From NCBI RefSeq assembly GCF_001639295.1, contig NZ_LWMV01000181.1, forward strand, positions 28,311-52,310: 24,000 nucleotides of DNA, written 5' to 3'. The DNA comes from Methanobrevibacter curvatus. Its GTDB lineage: Archaea; Methanobacteriota; Methanobacteria; Methanobacteriales; Methanobacteriaceae. The position numbers and the translations under genes are program-made. This document shows, one piece after another, positions 16,433 to 24,000 of this stretch. The notes under the pieces are model-generated. The model made no database searches and was not told where the DNA came from. It saw only the letters and a program-made list of their open reading frames with translations. Every line of letters begins with the position of its first letter. Position 1 is the first letter of the stretch.

Positions 16433-17548
16433 ATGTTTTCTAAAATGAATTTAGATAAAAAAGTAAAAGAAATATTGGAATATAGTTTAGATAACCCAAT
16501 ATCAAATGAAGATGCATTTTATCTAATGAAAGCTAAAGAAAGAGACATTAATGCAATAATAGCTACTGCAGATATAGTTAGAGAAAAAGTTGCTGGAAAT
16601 GTGGTAACTTTCATTGAAAATTGGAACATAAACTTTACAAATATCTGCACAGGAACTTGTGGTTTTTGCTCATTTAAAAAAAATGAAAAAGACGAGGATT
16701 CTTTCTTTTTATCGCCTGAAGAGGTTGCAATAATTGGAAAAAAAGCTTATAATAATGGTGCAAAGGAACTTTGCATTCAAGGAGGACTTCATAAGGATAT
16801 TGACTTGTTTTTCCTCGAAGATATAGTAAAAGCTGTTAAAAAAGAATGTCCAGATGTTCATCTCCATTCATTTTCACCTATGGAGATATATTACAATTGT
16901 AAACAAGCAGAATTAACATTAGAAGAAGGATTAAAAATATTAAAAAAAGCAGGTCTTGGAACAATTACAGGAACAGCTGCTGAGATTTTAAATGATGATG
17001 TTAGAAAAATAATTTGTCCTACAAAGTTAAAAACTAAAGAATGGATTGAAGTAGTTACTACAGCTCATGAAGTAGGATTAAAATCAACTGCCACTATAAT
17101 GTATGGACATATAGACACTTATGAAAATAGAATAGAACATTTAGACACTATAAGAAAAATCCAATATGAAACTGGAGGCATTACTGAATTTATTCCATTA
17201 TCGTTTGTACATCCAAAGACTCCAATTTTTAAAAAAGGAAAATCTAATCCTGGAACTACAGGAACAGAAGATTTAAAAATTTATGCAATTTCAAGATTAA
17301 TGTTTCATGATGCAATAAAAAATATCCAAACATCATGGGTCAAATTAGGATTTAAATTTGCACAAATAGGGTTAATATCTGGCTGCAATGATTTAGGTGG
17401 CACTTTAGGAGAAGAAAATATTTCCAAATCAGCAGGAGCTTCTCACGGTGTAAGGACTGAGATTAAAACCTTAGAACACATGGTAAAAAATATAGGAAGA
17501 ACTCCTGCATTAAGAGATACATTATATGAAAATATAAACTTGTTATAA
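16433..17548 (+). CDS. cofH: Radical-SAM FO synthase subunit CofH (F420 chromophore biosynthesis)
   Basis: 371 aa, with NINFTNICTGTCGFCSF (CX3CX2C in the CofH/MqnE-like context), a GG..H region, and TIMYGHIDT. In a methanogen this family member is CofH and not a futalosine-pathway enzyme. CofG normally has a different cluster context. Confidence 0.72.
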   Translation: MFSKMNLDKKVKEILEYSLDNPISNEDAFYLMKAKERDINAIIATADIVREKVAGNVVTFIENWNINFTNICTGTCGFCSFKKNEKDEDSFFLSPEEVAIIGKKAYNNGAKELCIQGGLHKDIDLFFLEDIVKAVKKECPDVHLHSFSPMEIYYNCKQAELTLEEGLKILKKAGLGTITGTAAEILNDDVRKIICPTKLKTKEWIEVVTTAHEVGLKSTATIMYGHIDTYENRIEHLDTIRKIQYETGGITEFIPLSFVHPKTPIFKKGKSNPGTTGTEDLKIYAISRLMFHDAIKNIQTSWVKLGFKFAQIGLISGCNDLGGTLGEENISKSAGASHGVRTEIKTLEHMVKNIGRTPALRDTLYENINLL

Positions 17549-17989
17549 CTTTTGTTATAAAAATAAATATAAATATTTAATAAAATTCTATTTTAATTAA
17601 TATTAATGTCTATTTAATAAAAATAATTATTTTTAAACATTTAATTTTTATTATTCTTTAAACTATTTTAATTTAAATTTAACTAATTAATATGGATTAT
17701 TTAATAATTATAATTATTTTTAATATTTATTCTTTGTAAAAAAATCTATTAATATTTTACATATTTTTTAACATATTTTAATTAAATATCTGTTTTTACA
17801 AAAAATAATCATTGCACAGCATCTAAATAAAAAAAACTTTTAACTTTAACTTTAGATTTTTTTAAATTCTTTTTATTTTTGTATTTTATTCTATAATTTT
17901 ACTTTTTTGCCATTTATTAAAAAATAATAATAAAAAAAATAATATAAATTTTTTCATCAATAATTAAAATCCTTGTTTTGTGAATGTAA

Positions 17990-19276
17990 TTAGATTAATT
18001 TTCCCCTTAAATAAGTTCCAGTAGTTTCAATAATCTTCACATCATAAAATGATCCTAATTTAGCATTAGGAACTACGACTGGAATATAAGAATTTGTTTT
18101 TCCCATATATCCTGATTTTTTCCCTTTTTCTACAATTAAAATTCTCTGTAAGGTATTAAGGAGTTCTTTGTTCTCATTATCTGTTATTTTTTTTTTAATA
18201 TCTGTGAGATATTTTGACCTTTTTTTCATAAGTGGATGAGGAATCTCATTTAAGCTTGAAGAGATAGCTCCCTTTCTGTGTTTATATTTAGACAGGTGAA
18301 TAAGGTTAGGTTTTACATTCTCTAAAAATTCAACTGTCTTAGAAAAATCATCATCTGTTTCTGTAGGATAACCTACTATTATATCTGTTGCAATGGTTAA
18401 ATCTGGAATAGATTCTTTAAATTTATTCACTATTTGAATAAAGTCTTCTACAGTATGTCCTCTGCCCATTTCTTTTAAAACTTTATTGCTTCCAGTTTGA
18501 ATGGGTAAATGCAGGAAATTGTAAACATTAGGAAGTGAAATAGCTTTAATAACTTCATCTAAATCATCACCAATATTTTTAGGATGCATCATGCCAATTC
18601 TAACTCTAAACTCCCCATCAAGATTAGCTATTCTTTTTATTAAATCTGAAAGTTTTTCTCCAGTATCTTTTCCAAAAGCTGCTGTATCTTGAGCTGTCAA
18701 TTGTATTTCAGATACCCCTTCTGCAATGGCTTGTGTTGCTTCTTTCTCAATATCGCCTATAGAATAGCTATTAAGTTTTCCTCGTGCAAATCGTGTACAA
18801 CAGTATGTACAAGCACCTAAACAACCTTCACAAATCTGAATAATATGAATGTAAGGATCAAAACGGATTTTAGGAACTCCTACTTTAGAATTTGTACTAA
18901 AACCACATTCTCTTGAAATTTCACCATTTAATGTTTTAAATACTACCTCATCTGCTTTATTTAGTTTATGTGGGCCAATCCATGAAGAATTAGGAGCTAT
19001 TTTTTTTAACTTTTCAGGATCTATTTCAACCATACATCCACTAACGACTATCTTTTTTTCAGGAAATTCATTTTGTAATTTATGTATTCTTGTGGATACC
19101 TTACTTTCTGTTGGATTTTTAACATAACACGTATTTACAATAATTAAATCAGCTTCATTTATATTATTTACTATTTCAATTTCATTTTCAACTAATTTTC
19201 CAGCTATTATTTGAGAATCTGCTTTATTGAATGTACATCCAAAGGTTTCAATAAATACTTTAGCTTTATTTTTCAT
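17990..19276 (-). CDS. Archaeal MiaB-like/CDKAL1-type tRNA methylthiotransferase (probable ms2t6A37 synthase, MtaB type)
   Basis: It has an N-terminal UPF0004 domain (VFIETFGCTFNKADSQ, IVNTCYV, VSGC), a radical-SAM motif CEGCLGACTYCC, and a C-terminal TRAM-like domain (GSFYDVKIIETTGTYLRGKLI). I prefer the start at ATG 19276 (MKNKAKVF), which has AGGA upstream. The ORF-track start at 19303 adds 9 residues. Confidence 0.8.
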   Translation of the reverse strand: MKNKAKVFIETFGCTFNKADSQIIAGKLVENEIEIVNNINEADLIIVNTCYVKNPTESKVSTRIHKLQNEFPEKKIVVSGCMVEIDPEKLKKIAPNSSWIGPHKLNKADEVVFKTLNGEISRECGFSTNSKVGVPKIRFDPYIHIIQICEGCLGACTYCCTRFARGKLNSYSIGDIEKEATQAIAEGVSEIQLTAQDTAAFGKDTGEKLSDLIKRIANLDGEFRVRIGMMHPKNIGDDLDEVIKAISLPNVYNFLHLPIQTGSNKVLKEMGRGHTVEDFIQIVNKFKESIPDLTIATDIIVGYPTETDDDFSKTVEFLENVKPNLIHLSKYKHRKGAISSSLNEIPHPLMKKRSKYLTDIKKKITDNENKELLNTLQRILIVEKGKKSGYMGKTNSYIPVVVPNAKLGSFYDVKIIETTGTYLRGKLI

Positions 19277-19397
19277 TAAAAACATTCCTAAAAAAAAGTG
19301 CATGAAAAAAAATATTATTATAAATAATTATTTAAGGTTAAAGAGTATAAAGTTATAAAAACAATAAACTTCGTCATTTAAAAAAAAAAGAAGTCCA

Positions 19398-20042
19398 TTA
19401 TATCTTTTTAAATTTATCAGTTATTTTTTTTGAAGCTATTTTTTTTGTTAAATCATAATCATGATTTTTAAATCTAACAGGATCTATATAAACTCTTTTA
19501 ATTATACTGGCTTTAGCTCCACCTTTGTTCATCTTTCTATCATCAGTTTTTATTCCTTGAACTCTTCCAACATAATCTTCAATTTTAATTATGTCATCAA
19601 CATTTATTCTAAAGTCTCTTTCTAAATCAACTTTATATGACTGGACTTCGCCATGAAGGTTAACTGAAATACCGATTCTTGCAGGAATTTCAAGTGATGT
19701 AGCCCATATTGTGACAACATCATTTGCAATGGCTTGTTCAACTCTTTTAGTATTTTTCAATTCAAGAGAGTTAATTTCTACTTGACCTAGATTAGATAAT
19801 AATACATCACCTGTGTTTAACTCGTCATCAGGAGAAATGGGAATAAAAGTTTTTTTAGATGAATCTATTTCACTTATGATTAATCGAAAATCTATAGGTT
19901 TAGCTATTTTAACAGACTCTTTAAAAACATTTGAACATTCCCTACACTTCAACAGAAAATCATTAATTTCATCTTTTTTTGATGAAAAATTCTTTGATTT
20001 AAGTGTTTCTAAATCATCACTACCACAAATTGGACATTTCAT
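19398..20042 (-). CDS. Zn-ribbon protein of unknown function (N-terminal CPxC...CxxC ribbon plus a conserved-looking beta-rich C-terminal region)
   Basis: MKCPICGSD...(26 aa)...CRECSNVF forms a four-Cys ribbon. The remainder has no motif I can name. The ATG at 20042 is preceded by GAGGT. The ORF-track start at 20054 is a TTG lying inside that Shine-Dalgarno sequence. Confidence 0.5.
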   Translation of the reverse strand: MKCPICGSDDLETLKSKNFSSKKDEINDFLLKCRECSNVFKESVKIAKPIDFRLIISEIDSSKKTFIPISPDDELNTGDVLLSNLGQVEINSLELKNTKRVEQAIANDVVTIWATSLEIPARIGISVNLHGEVQSYKVDLERDFRINVDDIIKIEDYVGRVQGIKTDDRKMNKGGAKASIIKRVYIDPVRFKNHDYDLTKKIASKKITDKFKKI

Positions 20043-20503
20043 TTTATACCTCAAATATCATTTAAAACATAATGTTTAAAAAAAAATTAAAAAAAAATGT
20101 TAAAATTATAAAAAAAATTTAACTATAATATAATATAAAAAAACTATAAAATATCAATTAAATAATTATAAAAAAAATTTAATAAAATTATAATAATCTT
20201 AAATAAACTCATACTAAAAATATAAAAAAAATATAAAAATTAGTAAAATATTAATAAATTTAAAATTTTTAATAAATTGACATTTATTTATTAAAAAATA
20301 AAATGTAATTATATATTATAAAACAATATGTTTTTTATATAATAAAAACTTTAGTAACATATTTTCAAAATTGTAAATATTAAAAAATCTAGAAATTTAA
20401 ATAAAATTTTCAAAGCAATGAATAATAAAAAATAAATAAAAAAACAAATATTGAAAAAATAATGATTGAAAAAATAATTTTATTTAATACACAGACATAA
20501 TAG

Positions 20504-20986
20504 CTATTCTTTTCCTTTTTTGTAATGATTTATTATTCCACCGTCATTTAAAATATCTAAGAAAAATTCTTTAAATGGCTCTATTTTAAATATTTTTCCA
20601 GATGTTTCATTAACAATAATTCCACTATTTAAATTGATTTTTACTATATCTCCTTCATCAGCATCTACATCAGCTATAATGACAGGCAATCCTATATTAA
20701 TCGCGTTTCTATAAAAAATTCTGGCAAAAGACTTGGCAATGATTGCATCAATTCCAGCGTATTTTATGGCTACTGTTGCTTGCTCTCTTGAAGAACCACA
20801 ACCAAAATTAGAACCTGCAACAATAACATCTCCTTTATTTACTTTTTCTGCAAATTTTTCTCTTTCTCCAGCCATTACATACTTTGCAAGCTCATATGGA
20901 TCAAAAGTTCTTAAAAATCTTCCAGGAATAATAACATCAGTATCTATATTATTATCAAACTTCCATACTTTACCTTTAATCTCCAT
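20504..20986 (-). CDS. hacB: Aconitase-family small subunit (LeuD fold), most likely the methanogen homoaconitase small subunit HacB/AksE
   Basis: About 160 aa from ATG 20986: MEIKGKVWKFDNNIDTDVIIPGRFLRT..., with GSNFGCGSSREQA. Counted from that start, loop residues 26-27 are Arg-Thr. This is the pair reported to distinguish M. jannaschii HACN MJ1271 (R26, T27) from the IPMI small subunit (Val-Tyr). Confidence 0.7.
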   Translation of the reverse strand: MEIKGKVWKFDNNIDTDVIIPGRFLRTFDPYELAKYVMAGEREKFAEKVNKGDVIVAGSNFGCGSSREQATVAIKYAGIDAIIAKSFARIFYRNAINIGLPVIIADVDADEGDIVKINLNSGIIVNETSGKIFKIEPFKEFFLDILNDGGIINHYKKGKE

Positions 20987-21157
20987 AAAATCCCCATTTA
21001 AAAAAAAAATGAAAATAATTATCTTAAACAAAAAATAAAAAATTATTTTAAATAAAAAAAAATTATTATTAATAAAAATTATTTTAAGTAAAAAAAAGTT
21101 ATTATTAATAAAAATTATTGATAAAAATAGTATTTAAATAAAATGAAAATGGTTTTA

Positions 21158-22168
21158 TTAGTCTGACTTTTCATATCCATAGTTTTGAGGTTTTGAGACA
21201 AAAACTATCCCATCATCACCTAAATATTCTTTAGTTGACTTATAAACTTCTTTTGTATTTTTATCAGTTATACCATAGAGTGTTGGACCAAAAGAACTCA
21301 TTCCAACACCATAAGCTCCAAATTCTTTCATTTTTTCCATTAAATTCTTAATCTTTGGAGGTTGAAGCCCTAATTCAACTTTTTTAAAACCTAAATCTTG
21401 AATTTGATTAATATACTTTCCAAATTCTTCAATATTTTTTTCTAATAAAAATGGAATTAAATTCATAAAAATAATGTGAGATAATTTTTCTACCTCAAAT
21501 CGAGGAACTGGGCAATTCTCTGCAAAAAGAATATCTTCTTTTACACCAGTGACAGTATTATCTCCATTGGCAATTGCTAATACAATATTCCAATCTTCAG
21601 GAAAATCAAATTTTGAACAAAATTGTGGTGGTTTATAATATGTGCCAGAAGAAGGCAATATAGAACCTTTATCCTTTAAATTATATCCTCCATCAACAAT
21701 GAAACCTCCATTTTCAAAGGCAAAAATTCCTATTCCTGAAGAAATTCCTCTTTTTAAAATTTCTCCTAGTGTAACAATCGAAATATTTTCATGCTCTTTA
21801 GAGAGTAATAAATTTTCTTTTGCATAATCATACATCAGTTTTCCAGTAGCAAGTGCAGTCTGAGATCCAGACCCTAAACCAGAATGAGGAGGATATGCAT
21901 TGTTAACAGTAAAGTGAAAACCTGTGTCTAAATTGAAGTACTCTTTAATTAAGTTAGCAGAATTTTCAATTTTCCTTCTACATTCATCTTGAATTTCATC
22001 AGAGTACTGCTTTTTAAAATCTATAGTAATATTTTTTTCAGATGGTTCAAGTTTTAATGAAAAATAAGGATCAGACAAAGTAAGACCTATACCTCCACCT
22101 GATCGACCATAAGATCCATTTAAATCTATTAAGGTCATGTGTAATCTTGAAGGCGTTTTAATATTCAT
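21158..22168 (-). CDS. mptG: Beta-ribofuranosylaminobenzene 5'-phosphate (beta-RFAP) synthase, methanopterin biosynthesis (GHMP-kinase fold)
   Basis: 336 aa. The N-terminus is PSRLHMTLIDLNGSYGRSGGGIGLTL, the GHMP-like motif is PPHSGLGSGSQTALA, and the C-terminal block is GVGMSSFGPTLYG. This matches the MJ1427/MTH830 family as I recall it. Confidence 0.8.
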   Translation of the reverse strand: MNIKTPSRLHMTLIDLNGSYGRSGGGIGLTLSDPYFSLKLEPSEKNITIDFKKQYSDEIQDECRRKIENSANLIKEYFNLDTGFHFTVNNAYPPHSGLGSGSQTALATGKLMYDYAKENLLLSKEHENISIVTLGEILKRGISSGIGIFAFENGGFIVDGGYNLKDKGSILPSSGTYYKPPQFCSKFDFPEDWNIVLAIANGDNTVTGVKEDILFAENCPVPRFEVEKLSHIIFMNLIPFLLEKNIEEFGKYINQIQDLGFKKVELGLQPPKIKNLMEKMKEFGAYGVGMSSFGPTLYGITDKNTKEVYKSTKEYLGDDGIVFVSKPQNYGYEKSD

Positions 22169-22352
22169 AATATCATAGTTGCTTAAAAATAACCTTTTAA
22201 ATCATTTATTAAATAACTTTTAAAAAAGATTTTTAAATTATCAAATAAAAGTTTAAATAAATTTTAAATCAGCTATTGAGTTAAATAAGGTTTGTACCGT
22301 CCAATAATAGCTTTAAATAAAGTTTAAAATATTTAATAAAACAAATTTACAA

Positions 22353-22400
22353 AATTATTAATTATTATTTAATTATTATTAATTATTATTAATTATTATT
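22353..22400. repeat. Tandem repeat, 10 bp (AATTATTATT) x about 5
   Basis: Three perfect units at 22371-22400, preceded by two imperfect units. Confidence 0.85.
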
Positions 22401-22751
22401 AAACAATTTCTCTGGATATTAAAATTTTTAAAATAATGCTAAATATTTAATAAATTTTATAGCCATAAATCTATCTATTATAATTTAGATTTGATTATAT
22501 AAAACTTTTGCTATTTTATCTTTCAAAGTAATACTGTCAAGTTAAGAAATATTTTCTATTTTTCCTTTGTTTTTCTATTTTTTCTATAATATTCTTTTTT
22601 AATTCTTTTTTTTAATTAAAATAGTTTTATATTAATTCTATTAGACTATTAACATTTTTATTAATTTAAATAAATTATAAATCGTAAATTCAAATATAAT
22701 CAATTTTATATTTGTTAAACATTGTGTTAATATGAAAACCATATTTAGGGG

Positions 22752-23121
22752 TTGAAAAATTTAATAAATAATGAAATAAGAAAATTTTGCTTAGTAAAAA
22801 ATAAATTTACTCGTAATTGTAAAATGTCTTTTGAAGATGTTGTTTTTTATATTCTTGGAAATAAAAGTAAAACAACGGCTTTAGAGATTGAAGAGTATTT
22901 TAATGAAAAATTTGGAGATAATGAAATACCTATAAGTAAACAAGAGTGTCTGAGTAAAGGTCATTTTTATATTGGAATATTTTAAAAAAAAAGCTGATTC
23001 ATATGTTTTAGCTGATTATTTTAATAAATATAACTATTTAAATGATTTTAATGAATATTATGTATTTACTATCGATGAATCACGAGAATATTTACTTTTT
23101 GTAAAATTGAAAACAACCTAA
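22752..23121 (+). pseudogene. Frameshifted, 3'-truncated remnant of an IS-type (IS4/DDE-like) transposase gene
   Basis: Frame A (22752-22985, TTG start) reads ...KFTRNCKMSFEDVVFYILGNKSKTTALEIEEYF...ISKQ. After an A9 run at 22984-22992, the +1 frame continues KKADSYVLADYFNKYNYLNDFNEYYVFTIDESREYLLFVKLKTT*. Both pieces resemble, from memory, the N-terminal third of Firmicute/gut-archaeal IS4-like transposases (FTRNRK..F; Y.v.AIDGS). No catalytic domain follows. Confidence 0.45.
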
Positions 23122-23196
23122 CAATTGATTCAATAATTTTTCCAATCTTTCATTGAAAAACGCTTATTAGAATACGAAAATGTTAAAAAAAAAGCT

Positions 23197-23259
23197 AAAT
23201 AGCTGAATACAATAACTAAATAGCTTAATGATTAAATAAAATAGCTAAATTGAAAAGAA
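23197..23259. repeat. Three imperfect 21-bp-phased direct repeats sharing the core AAATAGCT
   Basis: The core occurs at 23197-23204, 23218-23225 and 23239-23246, with exactly 21 bp spacing. The third copy overlaps the tatD stop codon. Confidence 0.7.
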
Positions 23260-24000
23260 TTCTTTTGCATTTGATGATGAAACTTTTTCAATGTCTTTTT
23301 CTTTAAATCCTTGAATTTTCATTTCATTAGCTGTTTTAGGGACTGATAAGATATCACTTCGCATATAGCTAACATCACTGTTTAACATCTTCTTATCACA
23401 TCCATAATTTTTAAAAATAGCTATTGCCTCAGATACATCCATTTTTTCAGGTTGAACAGTTATTCCTAATTGGAAATTCTCATCAACAACTTCGGCTATT
23501 ACATTTAAATTAATATGGTCAATTACAACTAATTTTGGATTTATATTTTCTAAAACTATTTCTTTAATTCTCTTTAAGGTTTCTAATTTGTTTTTTCTTG
23601 GAGTATGAACAATTGCTTTAAATTTTTCTTCATCTGCAAGTAGTAGCTGGTTTTTGAAGAATTTTTCTTCCTCAGCTCCACCAGAATCAATTCCTATTTC
23701 CCCAATAGCTATTATTTCTTTATTATGGATTAATTTCTTTAATTCATCAAAAACAGGAACATAATTATCTATTATATTTGATGGATGAATGCCTAATGCA
23801 ACTTCCAATTTTAATCCATTTTTTAAAGCTCTTTCTTTTTCAAATTCTCTTATTCTTCTAAAATGATCCAGTAGAGTAGTTGAGTTAGTGAATTTATATG
23901 GATAATAAGCACAGGTGATAGCTGTTGAAACTCCACTTACAGCCATTTTTCTATAATCTTCAAAACTTCTTGAATCACAATGTATATGACTATCTATCAT
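23245..24000 (-). CDS. TatD-family metal-dependent hydrolase (amidohydrolase fold)
   Basis: 251 aa. MIDSHIHCD provides the HxH metal motif at the N-terminus. It also has GEIGID, VHTP and a D-containing C-terminal block. The ATG falls exactly at the window edge (24000), so a longer upstream start cannot be excluded. Confidence 0.75.
   Translation of the reverse strand: MIDSHIHCDSRSFEDYRKMAVSGVSTAITCAYYPYKFTNSTTLLDHFRRIREFEKERALKNGLKLEVALGIHPSNIIDNYVPVFDELKKLIHNKEIIAIGEIGIDSGGAEEEKFFKNQLLLADEEKFKAIVHTPRKNKLETLKRIKEIVLENINPKLVVIDHINLNVIAEVVDENFQLGITVQPEKMDVSEAIAIFKNYGCDKKMLNSDVSYMRSDILSVPKTANEMKIQGFKEKDIEKVSSSNAKEFFSI

Noticed and set aside
20251-20345. AT-only inverted repeats (TTAATAAAT...ATTTATTAA; TTATATA..AAAACA-ATA-TGTTTT..TATATAA) upstream of the Zn-ribbon gene
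   Set aside because: They have short arms with mismatches, composed only of A and T, in a region that is almost pure A/T. Such dyads are expected by chance, and I cannot separate them from background without statistics.
19813-21827. Plus-strand ORFs 19813-20079, 20733-21038 and 21642-21827
   Set aside because: They are antisense shadows of the Zn-ribbon protein, hacB and beta-RFAP synthase genes respectively.
22278-22318. Possible hairpin AGCTATT...(27 nt)...AATAGCT in the mptG upstream gap, considered as a small RNA or riboswitch
   Set aside because: It has only a 7-bp stem with a large loop. There is no flanking conserved structure and no G+C-rich island such as structured RNAs show in AT-rich genomes.

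Overview
This is a very AT-rich window, roughly a quarter to under a third G+C by eye. It reads as core chromosome of a methanogenic archaeon of the order Methanobacteriales, probably Methanobrevibacter or Methanosphaera-like. Archaeal and methanogen markers support that placement: ribosomal protein S17e, an HMf-type histone, a GHMP-type shikimate kinase, Hel308, Elp3, CofH (F420), beta-RFAP synthase (methanopterin), and a homoaconitase small subunit with the coenzyme-B signature.

Gene order, left to right:
- dapB (partial), dapA and lysC, as a lysine operon on the minus strand
- rps17e, chorismate mutase and shikimate kinase
- sppA
- a small CPYC redoxin, then cbiD
- a thioredoxin-like::MoaC fusion
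- hel308
- two small conserved proteins of unknown function
- elp3, then deoC
- tRNA-Val and tRNA-Phe
- a histone, then cofH
- an archaeal MtaB-type methylthiotransferase
- a Zn-ribbon protein
- hacB, then beta-RFAP synthase
- a decayed transposase remnant
- a TatD-family hydrolase

From memory, this order matches the Methanothermobacter thermautotrophicus MTH800-MTH830 neighbourhood, so I regard the window as ordinary conserved genome and not an accessory island. I see no CRISPR array, defence-like gene cluster, toxin-antitoxin pair or intact mobile element, and I cannot support a claim of a new multi-gene system.

The items most worth a second look are:
1. A redox-dead (NPHC) thioredoxin-fold domain fused through an Asn/Lys-rich linker to MoaC. 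It is a paralogue of the CPYC redoxin on the other side of cbiD.
2. Asn/Lys-rich low-complexity insertions inside otherwise conserved enzymes.
3. Perfect micro- and minisatellites in promoter-containing intergenic regions.
4. A frameshifted, truncated IS-like transposase scar in an unusually long non-coding gap.
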